Positions 61,401-64,000 of a stretch of 64,000 bases of DNA are shown piece by piece. How positions within the stretch are numbered: position 1 is the first letter of the stretch; the number at the start of each line of letters is the position of its first letter. Source of the DNA: Utricularia gibba (Eukaryota > Plantae > Magnoliophyta). The stretch spans positions 1,798,001 to 1,862,000 of the forward strand of contig CM007990.1 of the NCBI GenBank assembly GCA_002189035.1. Direction: 5' to 3'. Under the pieces are notes generated by a model, which did no database searches, was not told the DNA's origin, and saw nothing but the letters and a program-made list of their open reading frames with translations. Position numbers and translations under genes: made by a program.

Positions 61401-63959
61401 CCCTGCGACCACACTCGAACTCATATCCTGGATCAACTCCATTCTGAGCATCATGATAACCATTAATTTTTATTTCAGGATTTTTATCTTCAATTGTATT
61501 TTCACTTGCAGTGTGACCATTCCGAGAGCCAGCAGAAGTAGAAAATGCATGTAGACTGTCACCCTGAAGAAAACAGTCACTAAGAAGGCATATTGCAGGT
61601 AGATTACAACTGGAAAAGAAAATGTGGACAATTTACTGGGAAAACATAACAAGCAACTAAATATTTTCAGATTGAGAATGCCTTCACGATGATAGGGTAA
61701 GAATCTAAGAAGATTAGAAGTGAAAAACTGAGAGATAAATTGCCATGAAAGTCAAAAAATAATAATAATAAAACAAATCCTGCATGTCTTAACAAAAAAT
61801 TCATAAAGATTATGATCCTTGAGATCCATGTGCTTCCTAGCGACAGGGTACTTACAGGAAAGATATTCTCGTACTCTTCAAGGAGTGTTGTTACTATGGC
61901 TTGGGCATAATTGGCAGCATTGGCAGCAGCAAAAAGCTGAGCAGAACCATCTCCATGCATGTCATAGTCATCGTCAAGTTCACATTCACCAGCTAATAGA
62001 GGGCGCAGCAGCAATGGAGCCATGCAAGCAGCAACAGCTGATGCAGTCATTCGGTTTTCATGTGCATGAGAAGAAATTGTATGCATCATCTTCAGTAGTC
62101 TAGCAATCACACACGGGAGCATAAAAGAAGTGATATGAATTCGTATAGCAACCAACACTTGAGTTTATAAGCTCACCCAGTTGGTTAATCAAAAACACAA
62201 AAGGAATTCCTACTATTTCTAATATAATAAAAAAACTATTTCAAATAAATATATCACTTAGACCAGGCTACCATTTTCTATACCTCTGTAGGAGGCGTCT
62301 ATTTGGTTCAGGAAATGCCTCCTGTATGATAGAGCCCATAGCATTTACTCGGGCTTCCATTTGGTCAATTTCTGCTTAAGAAAACCAGGAAGAAACCATA
62401 TCATCAAAACCCAGGTAAGCTAATGATGTGAACTCCAGGAAGTATGCAAGGAGAAAAAGAGCATACTGTATGCCTCCAGTAATGCGGTACAGCAAGACAC
62501 AGGAACTGGAGATGAAGGCAGCTCTCGAAGAACATGCTGGAGAAGGGACAAGCCAAAAGCCCGTTTATAAAGGAAAGTGCAAGAAAACGTATTTGATATT
62601 TACGCTAACCTTGACACAGTCTCCAATGACATGAGCATCCTCATCTGCACCAAACTCGGTCTTGCCTACAATCCAGAAACTTTCAAGGGTCAGTGCTTTC
62701 TATCCACTGTAAGGAAGTCAACAGACACAGCATGCAAGGAAGCCTTAGGTGAATGCCCGTTCATGCAACGTTCACACCTTAAATGTCAAATGTTTCTTAT
62801 AATTTTCAATAAAAATTGAATGAAAGTATTGCTGAATTCTTGAAGCATGGCCATGGCAACCAATAATAATATGCATACCTACAGGAGCTTGCTTATTTTA
62901 AACTATCTGTTTTGCCGTAAATCTTATTCTTTAATGGTGAATACTCTAGCAAATTTAAATACTTAATTTCAATAACAGGTAAAATATGTAGCATGCTCAT
63001 GGATTAAAATAGCAAGTCAAGGTTACGGTATTAGCAGAAGAATCAGTAAACGCATGAGAAAAAGGAGCACCTTGTTCATATTCTTGAACTCTACGAAGCA
63101 CTTCCTCAACATCAGCAGCTTGTCGAAGAATTCCTTCCACATTGATACCTGTTGCATATTCAGTGTTAACATGAAGGAACACTTACATTAAGAGTGGATT
63201 AAGGCTATCTTGAACTTTAATAGGAAGCATGTAGCATCTTCCAGACAAGGAACAATAAAAAAACTAACCATGTGCCTCTAGAAACCGGAGTGCTTTTTCA
63301 AGGAACGATGGGCCTCCATCTATATCCTCTAACGCAAGCAAAATTGGACGCCCAAGAACCAAAGACTTGACAGATTTTCTCTCTCTCCCTAGATAAGGAG
63401 ATAAGGATAATACACAAAAAAATTTGGTAAAGAAAAACGTGCTTGGTTGGAAGCAAACAGGATTAGAATTGCTACACACATTGATGGAATGAGATCTCAT
63501 CATTTGAGTCGCTTCTCAGAATCCCATGGTGCCCCATAACAAGAGCAGCATTTGGTGCTTGTGCGAGGGCATTCTGCAGCGCTATCTTCCACTCATACAA
63601 ATCACCAGATGTCTCAGCCTGAATTTCAAGCAAAAATTATCCAGAAATGTTAAAACACAAATCAAAACCATCCTTAATAGCATCCATGGGTTGAAAAGAC
63701 GAAAATCATATCGGTGAATTCCTCACCTTAAGAGTAAATGCTCGCCCATCACGACCATCAGGGAATAAGACAGTAAGTAATTTTTTGTCCTCCCTAACAA
63801 TAACACTATACACAGCAGGAAACACAATTGTTTCAAGAGAACTAATCAAAAGCTGTTAAAAGAAGAGAAGTGGGGATTTTGCTAGTACCTCCCAGAATTA
63901 TTTAGATCAATTCCACCAAGGGTCAAATTTACTTCACCACCACGCTGAGAAATTGCGCT
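58488..63959 (-). CDS. PH-domain RhoGAP (REN1/PHGAP-type RopGAP); 5'-partial, continues past the window end
   Basis: PH exons GGEVNLTLGGIDLNNSGS/VIVREDKKLLTVLFPDGRDGRAFTLK/AETSGDLYEWK; GAP domain GRPILLALEDIDGGPSFLEKALRFLE, INVEGILRQAADVEEV, NRMTASAVAACMAPLLLRPLLAG; C-terminus LTTRLDFFKERRSQLMEQLQNLDLNYG...WS*. Confidence 0.94.
60128..60181. repeat. Intronic tandem duplication, 27 bp x2
   Basis: catcagtacca(ac/gt)tatcatatatcata twice, within a RhoGAP intron. Confidence 0.85.
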
Positions 63960-64000
63960 CTGTAGAACATAATGATTTTAAAGATTATTAACAAGTGATG

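Overview
AT-rich plant (eudicot-like) nuclear genomic DNA; the species cannot be determined from sequence alone. I can support 13 protein-coding genes: a DUF266/GT14-like glycosyltransferase, a DNAJC8-type J protein, PurK-PurE AIR carboxylase, a single-exon mitochondrial SSB, a BTB/POZ-MATH (BPM) protein, a LARP1-type La-motif protein, a SCAB actin-binding protein, a class-II DnaJ, a small GATA factor, an uncharacterised probable plastid membrane protein, a CCCH-RRM protein, a UBC19/20-type E2, and a 5'-partial PH-RhoGAP. They sit in compact clusters separated by transposon-rich tracts. These tracts hold a near-intact solo LTR, two LTR-like relics, a hAT MITE with a perfect 8-bp TSD, a 3.2-kb hAT element with a dead transposase, and MuDR/Ulp1 remnants. 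I did not find a clear-cut new multi-gene system. The best leads are (i) a 1-nt frameshift in the PurE active-site motif of an otherwise intact AIR carboxylase, (ii) an intronless mtSSB, possibly a retrocopy, sharing a short site-II-rich bidirectional promoter with that gene, (iii) a 126-aa GATA factor with an N-terminal EAR motif, (iv) an unexplained coding-like island at about 37.2-38.0 kb, and (v) a multi-exon, uORF-containing leader on the SCAB gene. Gene models were assembled by eye from the ORF track and splice signals; family names come from recalled motifs, not database searches.
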